Below, piece after piece: positions 52,324 to 64,000 of a DNA stretch of 64,000 bases. The stretch comes from an uncultured bacterium (GTDB lineage: Bacteria; Krumholzibacteriota; Krumholzibacteriia; LZORAL124-64-63), in the NCBI GenBank assembly GCA_963732385.1, contig CAVSZB010000007.1:576001-640000 (forward strand), in the 5' to 3' direction. The notes below the pieces were generated by a model. It did not search any database. It saw only the letters and a program-made list of their open reading frames with translations, and had not been told where the DNA came from. Both the position numbers and the translations under genes were made by a program. How positions within the stretch are numbered: the first letter of the stretch is position 1; every line of letters starts with the position of its first letter.

Positions 52324-53946
52324 TCAGGTCACCCGCGGGTAGATGAACAGGAACCCGAGCGCGGCCACCACGAGAATCGAAACGATCAGGATCGTCCAGA
52401 TCCACGGGTGCCACAGCCGGCGGGCACTGAAGAGGCGCGTCTCCATCAGCGGCAGGGTACCGATCACCTTCACGCCGAGGGCCTTTTCGATGTCGGTCAG
52501 CGACTTGAAGGAACGATTCAGGAATTCGGCCAGGATCACCAGACCGGCCCCCAGGCAGAACGCCAGGGCAAAGCCCATGAACGCCAGCCGCAGTTTGTTC
52601 GGCTCGATCGGCACCAAGGGTCGCTGCGGATCCTGCCGGACCACGATCTTGTAGCCAATTTCCGACATGTCCGCCGCCAGCCGCAGGTTCTCCTGCGTGA
52701 TGTCCCGCTCCAGACCCTGCAGCAGAACCTGCACCCGCTGGACATCGCTCTGCAGGCTGCCGAGCGCCGCGACCTGCTGCGGCTGTTTCGTCATCAGGCT
52801 GCGGAATTCCTTCACGTTCTGCTGCAGGCGCCCCATCACCCTTTGCGCCACCTCGCGGTCGAGCATCGCGTAGCCGTACCGGGCCAGATGATTGCGCTCG
52901 GTGACAGCCACTTGTCCGTACAGACGGACCGTCCGAGCATCGACGAGGTTGTTCAGATTGAGCCGGGCCAGACCGAGGACATTGCTGTTCGCGTTCGCCT
53001 CGGTTCCCCCCTCCCGTCCCCGCAGGCTTTCGAGCGCCTGATCGTATTCGAGGTTCACCAATTCGCGAAGCGCCGCGGCGATGTCGCCGTCGGTCAGATA
53101 GGTATCGACCGTCGGCGGGGTCGGCACGGCCGCCCGCGCCAGCCGCTCGAGGTTGATCAATTCGGCCGAACCGGCATCGTACGCCTGGCTGCGCAGCCGG
53201 GTCAGCAGGCTCTCCGCCAAATTCAGGTTTTCCTGGGTCACGGGATTGCCGGCCATCGACTCGGCCAGCTCCGACCGCTGGAATTCGGTCAGACGACTCT
53301 GCGCCGCGGCGAGTTGCTGCTCATACAGCTGGCGCTGACCTTCGAGGAAATCGCGCGTCGCGCTGCTGGGCGCCATGCGGTTCGTGCGCTCCTCGGCAAG
53401 GAACTCGTCCAGCATCTTGCGCGCGAGATGATAGGCCCGATCAGGATCGTTGTCGCGGATGCCGATGCTGAAGAGGTGCGTATCGTCCTGCCTGACTCGG
53501 ACCTGGGCCGTCAGCCAGCGGGCGACGATCATCACAGCCCGCTCTTCCCAATCCTCCGGCTTGAAACCGGGCGGGGCCTCGCCGAGCCGGCCGAGTGCCA
53601 TGGCCCGCTTGTGCAGGTTCAGGTCGCGCACGATCCGCTCGACAAACTTCGGGCTGGTGGCAATGGTGCGGATCATCACCAGCGACTCGTAATCCGGGTC
53701 CCTCTGCCGATTGTATTGCGACGCCATCTCGGACAACGAGCGGACTGTCGGCATCTCCTGGATCACCTGCACCTGGGCGCTGGAATAGTAGATCGGGTCC
53801 TGTGTCTTGATCGCCACCGCCGCCATGCCGAGGCAGAGAAAGAACGGCACAATGAACAGCCAGCGGCGCCGCACGAACAAGCGCCACAACTGCAGTGGGT
53901 CGAATCCGCCCCCCGCGGAGGCTTCCTCGTCCTGATAAGGATCCAT
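52324..53946 (-). CDS. Polysaccharide co-polymerase / chain-length determinant (Wzc/GumC transmembrane module)
   Basis: N-terminal TM after RRRW, coiled-coil periplasmic region, P..P.EPNK + TM, LGVKVIGTLP. Confidence 0.9.
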   Translation of the reverse strand: MDPYQDEEASAGGGFDPLQLWRLFVRRRWLFIVPFFLCLGMAAVAIKTQDPIYYSSAQVQVIQEMPTVRSLSEMASQYNRQRDPDYESLVMIRTIATSPKFVERIVRDLNLHKRAMALGRLGEAPPGFKPEDWEERAVMIVARWLTAQVRVRQDDTHLFSIGIRDNDPDRAYHLARKMLDEFLAEERTNRMAPSSATRDFLEGQRQLYEQQLAAAQSRLTEFQRSELAESMAGNPVTQENLNLAESLLTRLRSQAYDAGSAELINLERLARAAVPTPPTVDTYLTDGDIAAALRELVNLEYDQALESLRGREGGTEANANSNVLGLARLNLNNLVDARTVRLYGQVAVTERNHLARYGYAMLDREVAQRVMGRLQQNVKEFRSLMTKQPQQVAALGSLQSDVQRVQVLLQGLERDITQENLRLAADMSEIGYKIVVRQDPQRPLVPIEPNKLRLAFMGFALAFCLGAGLVILAEFLNRSFKSLTDIEKALGVKVIGTLPLMETRLFSARRLWHPWIWTILIVSILVVAALGFLFIYPRVT

Positions 53947-54238
53947 GCCCTCCCTTTCCTTCCGGCCACGAGCACACGGCAATCGTCTGTTCAGGCGGAG
54001 CACGGCCCGTGCAAATTAGCGCAACCCCATGTCCATTGCAACTGATGCCATGACGCCGTCTCGCCACCATTTTGCCGTCCACGACACGCCACACTCGGGC
54101 GCCGGAACGACACCATCCGGTTCCGGACAACCGCGGGGTGCGCCGTAAATCCGTCGTCAGGAGCGCCGCCGCACAGGCCACAACTTCCGCTCGACAGGCC
54201 GACCGAGTCGCCGGCACGTCCCCTGCAGGGAAGCCCGC

Positions 54239-55231
54239 ATGATAAGGAATCCTCCGGCGCACAGATCCCCAGCGTTCCCCACGTCGTGGTTCGTGATTCT
54301 GCTGGCCGCCGCCGGCGCCTGCGAGCGGACGGCGCCGAGCGTGGCCCCGGATGACCCGCCACCGCCCACACTCGTCACCGCCGACTTTGGCGACAGCCTT
54401 GCCACCTTCCTGCGCCTGAAGGATGGATCGTCGCGCTGGACCTGGCACGGCGCCGACGCCTCCGGCGACAGCATGTCCGGCAACGCGGAACTGATCATCA
54501 GTTGCCGACGCGCCTCCTGGCGGCTGTTCGACCAGACACCCCCACCGGCACCCGGGCAACTGCGGCTCCGACCCGCGAATCCCGATGCCTGGCACCATCA
54601 GGCGGCGTCCTGGCCGCCCGGAACCGCCGACACCTGGCTGCCCCTGCCGCGCCTGCCGGTCGACTCCCCCGCCTACGCCGATCTGCTCGATTTTCTGCAG
54701 CGTTTGACCGACGCGCGCTTCCGCCAGCGCGTAATTCACTGGCCGGCCGTGCCACTGCCGGTCGTCGCCCCGCCCACCCTCTGCGGCGAAATCGACCTGG
54801 CGGACTGCCTGGCGGAGGCGGTGGCGCTATGGAACTTCGGCGAACCGACGCCCCTTTTCGCTCCGGTCCCGGCCGCCGACTGGGGTCTCCGGCTCGCCTA
54901 CATCCCCGACCCCGCGCTCACGCCGCGCCTGGCGCTGCGGATCGTGGCCTGCGACAATGCCGGGCGACCACTGCGCGCGGAAATCGTGGCCGGCGCCAAT
55001 TATGCAACTGCGGACGTCAGGAAGTACGCGGTGCGCGGCATGCTGCACGAATTGGCCCACGCCCGCCTGCTCTGGGGGCACAGCGAGGATCGTCTCCATC
55101 TGCTGTGGAAGTGCGGGCCGATCGTAGACGCGCCATCTGACGACGAGCGGCGGGCCTCCCGTCTCTGGGCTCTGCTCCCCGAGGGGCTGGACCTGCACGC
55201 CTACGCGCGTTCAACGGAAATCGATCCGTAG
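54239..55231 (+). CDS. Lipoprotein with zincin-like metalloprotease motif
   Basis: Lipobox AGAC; HELAHARLLWGH. Confidence 0.65.
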   Translation: MIRNPPAHRSPAFPTSWFVILLAAAGACERTAPSVAPDDPPPPTLVTADFGDSLATFLRLKDGSSRWTWHGADASGDSMSGNAELIISCRRASWRLFDQTPPPAPGQLRLRPANPDAWHHQAASWPPGTADTWLPLPRLPVDSPAYADLLDFLQRLTDARFRQRVIHWPAVPLPVVAPPTLCGEIDLADCLAEAVALWNFGEPTPLFAPVPAADWGLRLAYIPDPALTPRLALRIVACDNAGRPLRAEIVAGANYATADVRKYAVRGMLHELAHARLLWGHSEDRLHLLWKCGPIVDAPSDDERRASRLWALLPEGLDLHAYARSTEIDP

Positions 55232-56947
55232 CGGCATCAAAGAGAGCGGCCGTCCGTCGAGCAGCGGCGCCGCAGCCAGCAGTCCGCCGGCCGGAGGCAG
55301 TGGCAACACCACCGCCAGCCCGGCATCGAGGCGGACCGTGCTGCGGCGCAGCAGGCGGGCCAGCATCCGTTCGAGCAGGCCGGGCTCCTCTTCGTAGCTG
55401 ATGATCGTTACCAGTTCGTCGGCGTCAACGCCGATCATCCGTTTGGCGGCATCGAGCGCGCGAATCAGCCCGCCCAGGCCATCCACGAGACCGCGCGCCT
55501 GCGCCTGTGCACCAGTCCAGACCCTTCCCTCGGCCAGGGTGGCCACCTCCGCCTCCGGCAGCCGCCGTCCCTGCGCAACCTTGGCCAGGAAGCGGACATA
55601 AAAAGCGCCCAACGTTGCCTCGAGCGACGCCCGCTGCGCGTCGGTGAACGGCGCACTGTCGCTGAACAGCAGCGCGTTTTCCCCCCGCGTGACGTACTCC
55701 CGTGTGATGCCGAGCTTGCTGTAGAGTCCGCTCATCGCCACCTTGCCGGCAAAGACCCCGATGGAACCGGTCAGAGTGCCCGGTTCGGCGAAGATCGAAT
55801 CGGCGCCGCAGGCGACGTAGTAGCCCCCCGAGGCGGCGTAGCCGCCCATCGAGACGATCACCGGTTTGTGGTCGCGTACGCGCTCCACCTCGCGCCAGAT
55901 CAGGTCGCTCGCCAGCGCAGAGCCTCCCGGACTGTCCACCCGCAACAGGACCGCCTGCACGTCGTCGTCGTCGCTCGCCTGCCGCAGCCGCTCCACGATC
56001 GTGTCGCTGCCGGCGCGGCGGCCACTCCAGGCGTCTGAGCCGCTCTCCCCCGGCACGATGGTGCCGCTCACGTGGACCAGCGCCACCGTCCCCGCCGTGC
56101 CGCCCCGTCGCCGACCGAGCGCGTAATCCTCCAGATCGACGAACTCCTCGTCCGGAAACTCCGCCTCTTCCAGGTCATCCAGTGTGAGCACCGTGTCGAC
56201 AAGGCCGGCGGCCATAGCCGCCGCCGCGTCGAACATGCCAGCGTCGATCCAGCCCCGGGCCGTGGCCGCATCCACCCGGCGACCTGCCGCGATCCCCGCC
56301 ACGAGACGGGTGTAATGGTCATCCACGATCGCTTCGATCATCTCGCGATTCGCCGGGCTCGCCGAATCACGCGTGAGCTGCTCCGGCGCCGACTTGTAGC
56401 GCCCCACATGCACGAAGTCGGCGCTCATGCCGAGCTTGTCGAGAGTGCCCTTGAGGAAACTCAACTCGGCACTGACGCCAAGGATGAACAGGCTCCCCTC
56501 GGGCGGCATGACGATCCGCGGAGCCGCCATGGCGAGCGCATATTCCTTCTCGCCGCCTTCGGCCAGCCAGGCCACCACCGGCTTGCCGGTGTGCGCGAAG
56601 GCCGCCACCGCATCGCGCAACTCCTCCACCTGCGCCCAGCCGGCCGGCAGGGCGCGGATGTCGAGCAGCAGGCCGGTGATCCGGCTGTCCCGAGCGGCGC
56701 GCGTGAGCGCGAAGACAACATCCCGCAGGCGGACCCGCTCCCCCTCCATCACCACGGCCAGGGCGTCGGTTTCGCGCTCCTCCGGATAGGCCTCTGCCAC
56801 CTGCCAGCGCAGGATGCCCGCCGTGGCGGAGTCACGATTGCGACCGTTCGCTTCCGGATCGAGCCGGTCAATGACTCGCGTAAGCCAGACCAGGCCGGCG
56901 CCTACCACGAACGCCACGCAAAAAAACACGATCCAGAAACGCTTCAT
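55211..56947 (-). CDS. sppA: Signal peptide peptidase SppA (long, 67 kDa type)
   Basis: GRYKSAPE, LRVDSPGGS, AASGGYY, TGSIGV, GRVWTG. Confidence 0.95.
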   Translation of the reverse strand: MKRFWIVFFCVAFVVGAGLVWLTRVIDRLDPEANGRNRDSATAGILRWQVAEAYPEERETDALAVVMEGERVRLRDVVFALTRAARDSRITGLLLDIRALPAGWAQVEELRDAVAAFAHTGKPVVAWLAEGGEKEYALAMAAPRIVMPPEGSLFILGVSAELSFLKGTLDKLGMSADFVHVGRYKSAPEQLTRDSASPANREMIEAIVDDHYTRLVAGIAAGRRVDAATARGWIDAGMFDAAAAMAAGLVDTVLTLDDLEEAEFPDEEFVDLEDYALGRRRGGTAGTVALVHVSGTIVPGESGSDAWSGRRAGSDTIVERLRQASDDDDVQAVLLRVDSPGGSALASDLIWREVERVRDHKPVIVSMGGYAASGGYYVACGADSIFAEPGTLTGSIGVFAGKVAMSGLYSKLGITREYVTRGENALLFSDSAPFTDAQRASLEATLGAFYVRFLAKVAQGRRLPEAEVATLAEGRVWTGAQAQARGLVDGLGGLIRALDAAKRMIGVDADELVTIISYEEEPGLLERMLARLLRRSTVRLDAGLAVVLPLPPAGGLLAAAPLLDGRPLSLMPLRIDFR

Positions 56948-57131
56948 TCCTGCCTCCCTGCATCGTCTGCCCTTATCGCACCAGCACTACCTGCCGCGTG
57001 GCCGCGGCCACCGCCTGTCCCGACCGGATCAGAAAGCCGCCGGCGGAACCGTCGTTGGTTGCGGCGCGGAAAAGAGTCAATCTAAGGACGCTCCCACCGC
57101 CTGACCAGTCGGGAGCAACGCCGCGCCGCGT

Positions 57132-59438
57132 TCAGTCCCTCGCGCAGAACGCGGCCAGCGCCCGCACTGCGCGGTCGATCTTGCGAAAGACCGGCACGCC
57201 GTTCTTCTCGAGCATCACAGCCATCGGGTCGTAGAGCGGCCCGGAGTCGATCACGGCGACCCACGGCTTGCGATCGCGGCGCCAAAGATCCAGCATGCGC
57301 CGCGGCTGAGATCCGGGCGAGTCGAGATCCTCCCCGTGCCTCCCCTGCGGGTCGCGCGGCAGATTGTCCAGAGCCGGCGTGACCGGCACCGCGGACAGGA
57401 TTGCACAGTCGACTCCCGGACAGTCGAGCACGGCGGCCGCCGCCCGTGCCCAGCCTTCGGTGTCGGCAATCGGCGTGGCGTCGATCGGATTGTCGCGATG
57501 CGCGTAGGACGGCAGGGCCGCATCCAGGGCAGCCAGGGTTTCGGCATCAAAAATCGCGAGTTGCAGATCGCCCAGCGCGTCGGTGGCGGTGGAGCACTCG
57601 AAACCGGCGTTGCTCAGGATGCCGACCCGCCGGCCCCCGGCCGGTCGATCGTGCAACAAGGTGAAGGTCTTGATCAGATCCTCGAAGTCGTCGAGCGATT
57701 CCGCCACGGTGACGCCCGCCGACGTCAGGCAGGCGTTCGCCACCGCGTAGTCCCCCGCCAGAGAGGCGGTGTGACTCGCTGCGGCTTGCGCGCCGAGCGC
57801 GGTCCGGCCGGCCTTGAAGATAATCACCCGTTGTCCGCGCGCCCGGCAGGCCCGGGCCATGACCAGGAAATTCGCACCATCGCCGGGGCGGAATCCCTCC
57901 ACATAGCAGGCCACCACGCCGATCTCCGGATCGTCGGCGAAGTGCGCCAGAAAATCGCTCACGGTGAGGTCCATCTGGTTCCCGAAGCTGATACTCGCGC
58001 GCGGCAGGATGATCCCATCGTAGTTGCTCGCGAACGTGACCAGATAGGCCCCCGACTGGCTCACCAACGCCAGGTTGCCGCCGGCCCCCGGCCGGAACGG
58101 CAGCTTGTATGAAGGCAGGAAGAAGGTGTTGTAGCGATCCCGGCTGACGATGCCGAGACAGTTGCCCCCCACGAGCACCGGCCCCCCGTCAGGCGAGGCG
58201 TGTCCCGCCTCGAGGGAACGTTCGATGTCCGCCGCCAATTCATGCGCACCGGTCTCGGCGAACCCGCCGGGGATCAGGATGATCGATTCGGCCCGATCCA
58301 GCGTCACCAGTTCCCGGATCGCCACGACGGCAGCCGCTGCCGGCAGGGCGATCACCGCCAGATCCGCCTTCCACGGCAGCGCCGACAACCCCGGGAAACA
58401 GGGCACGTCGTCGATCGACCGCTCTTCGGGATGGATCACGGCGAGGCGTCCGCGTTCCACGCAGGCAGATTCGAGCAGGTTGCGCAGGATGATCCGGCCG
58501 GGGTTGTCGCCCCGGGCGCTCACACCCATCACGACCGCGCTGCGCGGCGCCAGCAGCGGCGCAATCTTAGCCAGCGGCCGCCGCGTCGGCGTCCAGCGAC
58601 GCCGCGAAAGCAGGCCGACCCCGTCGAGAGCCGTCAGCCGTCCCCCCGCGGCCACGGCGGGGTTGATTTCCAGCTCCTCGAGGGTCCAGGGCCCGTCCGC
58701 CCCCGCCCCGTAGCGCACCGCGGCCGCGGCGAGCGCCGCGACGGTCTCAGCCACCACCTCCGCATCGAGGGGAGGCGCGGAATAAAGACGCGAAGGGCTG
58801 ACCGCCAGGCTGAGCAGAGGATGCGCCCGCAGGGCCGCAGCCACCGCCCCAGCCTGCAGATCGGCGGCCGGGAAGATCAGCCGGCTCTGCCCCCCCGTGC
58901 CGCGTCCGTACCATTCGGTGAGCACCCCGCCCGCCCCCACGACCACCACCGGGCCGAAAGCGGCGTCCTGCCGCAGGCTCAGCAGGAACTCCTGGCCTGG
59001 CTGGTTCGCCAGGTGCGGCACCCAAGCGCAGGCCAACACCCCTTCGATCCTGCCAGCCTCCACGCGCGGATCCACGGCGGCGACCAGTCGATCGGCCGCG
59101 GCCAACAGTCCGCCCGCCCCACCGTCGGCCGACGTGACGGCCAGCCCACCGACATCGCTCTTGTGCAGGATATCGCGCCCGCAAACCTTCAGCACGATCT
59201 TGCCGTAAGGATCCGCCAGGCACGCCACGGCAGCCCCCCAGGCCTCGCGCGCGTCCGCGTCCGCGTCGGCTCGCAGCAGTTCCGCCCGACAGCGCGTCAC
59301 GCCCAGGCTGTCGAGCAGCGCGTAGACCTCCGCCTCGTTCAGCCGCGCCTGCGTTCCCGGAGCCGCAGACTCGCCTGTCGCTCTGGCCCACGCTGCCAAG
59401 AACTGATCGTCCAGTCGTTGAGCCATCCCTTGCGTCAT
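57132..59438 (-). CDS. ADP-forming acetate/acyl-CoA synthetase family, ATP-grasp domain N-terminal to the CoA-binding domain
   Basis: HKSDVGG, ELEINP; GGFAE, GNCLG, SQSG, SFGNQMD, phospho-His motif AASHTASLAG. Confidence 0.9.
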   Translation of the reverse strand: MTQGMAQRLDDQFLAAWARATGESAAPGTQARLNEAEVYALLDSLGVTRCRAELLRADADADAREAWGAAVACLADPYGKIVLKVCGRDILHKSDVGGLAVTSADGGAGGLLAAADRLVAAVDPRVEAGRIEGVLACAWVPHLANQPGQEFLLSLRQDAAFGPVVVVGAGGVLTEWYGRGTGGQSRLIFPAADLQAGAVAAALRAHPLLSLAVSPSRLYSAPPLDAEVVAETVAALAAAAVRYGAGADGPWTLEELEINPAVAAGGRLTALDGVGLLSRRRWTPTRRPLAKIAPLLAPRSAVVMGVSARGDNPGRIILRNLLESACVERGRLAVIHPEERSIDDVPCFPGLSALPWKADLAVIALPAAAAVVAIRELVTLDRAESIILIPGGFAETGAHELAADIERSLEAGHASPDGGPVLVGGNCLGIVSRDRYNTFFLPSYKLPFRPGAGGNLALVSQSGAYLVTFASNYDGIILPRASISFGNQMDLTVSDFLAHFADDPEIGVVACYVEGFRPGDGANFLVMARACRARGQRVIIFKAGRTALGAQAAASHTASLAGDYAVANACLTSAGVTVAESLDDFEDLIKTFTLLHDRPAGGRRVGILSNAGFECSTATDALGDLQLAIFDAETLAALDAALPSYAHRDNPIDATPIADTEGWARAAAAVLDCPGVDCAILSAVPVTPALDNLPRDPQGRHGEDLDSPGSQPRRMLDLWRRDRKPWVAVIDSGPLYDPMAVMLEKNGVPVFRKIDRAVRALAAFCARD

Positions 59439-59562
59439 GCCGCAGCCCCCTTGCCGCGGACCTGTTCCGCAGCGTCACCAAGATAGGCGCCGGGCCGGGC
59501 GCGCGGAAGGACGACTCGCGGCGCCAACCCGGGGAGACGAATCGGCGATGCCGGCAAAGCAA

Positions 59563-59589
59563 CGGGCCGGAGCCCGCCGCTCCGGCCCG
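59563..59589 (-). terminator. Probable terminator hairpin after the OMP gene
   Basis: CGGGCCGGAGC-ccgcc-GCTCCGGCCCG 11-bp stem followed by TTGCTTT on minus strand. Confidence 0.55.
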
Positions 59590-59618
59590 CGATCCCAAAA
59601 CTGCGCCGGCGGCTGCGC

Positions 59619-60122
59619 CTAGAAACCGAGCCCGGCCGACAGCGTGAGGTAACTGGAGGCATCCCCTTCGGTCGCGATGTTGTGATAGAGAGCGGTCACA
59701 TCGAACATCACGAAGGTCATGCCGACGCCGGCCACCGCGGTGAAATCGGTCTCCGCCGCGATATCGGTCACGTCGAACTCGCCGTCCCAGCGGGTCATGC
59801 CCAGGCCGGCCAGGAAATGCGGACCCGCCGCCAGGGAAATCTGCCCTACCGCCAGCACCTCGAGCATGTTGAAATGCCCATCATAGGACACGCCGCCCAC
59901 CTCGTCTGCGGAAAGGCGGTTGTAAGCGCCGCGGATGCCGATGCTGCCGAGGGGCGTCACGGGATAGAGGTACTGTGCGCCGCCATGGAAGCCGAGTTTC
60001 CACCAGTCCGCCAAATCTCCGGTCGGGGCCGAAACTCCGGCGAAAATGGACGGGCCGGCCAGCAACGGTGCGGCACCAACGGCGATGACGAGAAAAGCCA
60101 TGATGGGCAAGAGCTTACGCAT
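59619..60122 (-). CDS. Small outer-membrane beta-barrel protein
   Basis: Signal peptide, alternating aromatic/Gly strands, C-terminal Phe (LSAGLGF). Confidence 0.8.
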   Translation of the reverse strand: MRKLLPIMAFLVIAVGAAPLLAGPSIFAGVSAPTGDLADWWKLGFHGGAQYLYPVTPLGSIGIRGAYNRLSADEVGGVSYDGHFNMLEVLAVGQISLAAGPHFLAGLGMTRWDGEFDVTDIAAETDFTAVAGVGMTFVMFDVTALYHNIATEGDASSYLTLSAGLGF

Positions 60123-60223
60123 AGTGACTCCTTTTCGGGAACGCTAAAACTGACGCTGGGGAAAGGATTTCCTGCTCCGGTTTTGCACAGGTCGTGCCAA
60201 CCATCAGAGATGGGCGCAAGGCA

Positions 60224-60258
60224 AAAAAAGAAAGCGCCGACGTGCGTCGGCGCTTTCT
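60224..60258 (-). terminator. rRNA operon terminator
   Basis: GAAAGCGCCGA-loop-TCGGCGCTTTC hairpin followed by a U-tract, right after 5S. Confidence 0.8.
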
Positions 60259-60264
60259 CGAGAA

Positions 60265-60382
60265 TCTCGGCGGCGACCTACTCTCCCACACCGTTTCCAG
60301 TGCAGTACCATCGGCGCAGCGGCGTTTCACTTCTGTGTTCGGAATGGGAACAGGTGGTTCCACCGCGCTATGGCCGCCGAAA
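60265..60382 (-). rRNA. rrf: 5S rRNA
   Basis: CCCATTCCGAACACAGAAGTGAA...CGCCGATGGTACT...GGGAGAGTAGGTCGCCG; ends approximate. Confidence 0.97.
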
Positions 60383-60467
60383 AATTGCGATCCATGACAA
60401 TCAAATATAGAGGGCAGAGGTTCACGAAGCAGTAGATCCGCCACTCCCGCTTCCCGAAGAAAGCGAT

Positions 60468-63483
<3,016 letters not shown>

Positions 63484-63562
63484 AAAAACGGATCCATGCA
63501 TCGTGACGAATTCTACCCTCTATATTTGGTTGTCAAAGAACCGCGTGCAGAATCCCCGAACC

Positions 63563-63638
63563 TGGTGGAGATAGCCGGGATCGAACCGGCGACCTCCGGC
63601 TTGCAAAGCCGGCGCTCTCCCAACTGAGCTATATCCCC
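63563..63638 (-). tRNA. tRNA-Ala (TGC)
   Basis: GGGGATATAGCTCAG...TTGCA...TTCGATCC...TCCACCA; encoded CCA. Confidence 0.98.
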
Positions 63639-63653
63639 GCTCGCTGACGTGCG

Positions 63654-63730
<77 letters not shown>

Positions 63731-63850
63731 TCCTGGACCTCGACCAAGCCTGGACCGTCTGCCCAGTCTTTGGCAAGAGAATAGCGTGCGTGGCCGAGCT
63801 AACTATCCGTTCTACCTAAGACAATCAGCACAGGGCCAATTGTCCTATCT

Positions 63851-64000
<150 letters not shown>

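Noticed and set aside
54010..54051. sigma54-like TGGCA...TTGCA upstream of wzc
   Set aside because: GG-GC spacing is wrong (8).

Overview
GC-rich (~70%) bacterial chromosomal segment of mostly core genes. The gingipain-type C25 protease with a PNPFN/FlgD-type C-terminal domain suggests an FCB-group candidate phylum such as Krumholzibacteriota or Latescibacterota (inference). From left to right it holds: hsp20-lon; a lexA + inactive ImuB/Y-family cassette; pfkB; HIT; a co-oriented trio of C25 protease, peptide-binding protein and zincin; an 8-gene run led by a ParA/Soj-CBM48 fusion and ending in O-antigen-ligase/GT4/WecA/methyltransferase genes; DUF212; glnA; PIN-PhoH; a DUF62 SAM hydrolase-like gene; suhB; nifU; a frameshifted sulfatase-like gene; an acyl-CoA dehydrogenase; a complete nuoA-N operon (fused nuoCD broken by a homopolymer frameshift); TPR; aminotransferase IV; FTCD; MFS; split Wzc; a second zincin; sppA; an acyl-CoA synthetase; an OMP; and the distal part of an rRNA operon (16S 3' end, tRNA-Ile, tRNA-Ala, 23S, 5S). 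I saw no CRISPR, prophage or mobile element. The best leads are the ParA-glycogen-binding fusion operon, a candidate new LexA operator (TTTC-N7-TTTC), a DUF62 active-site variant (TFEGRD), two paralogous lipoprotein zincins and an unusual 23S helix-68 sequence. All functional calls come from motif recognition only; no database searches were run.
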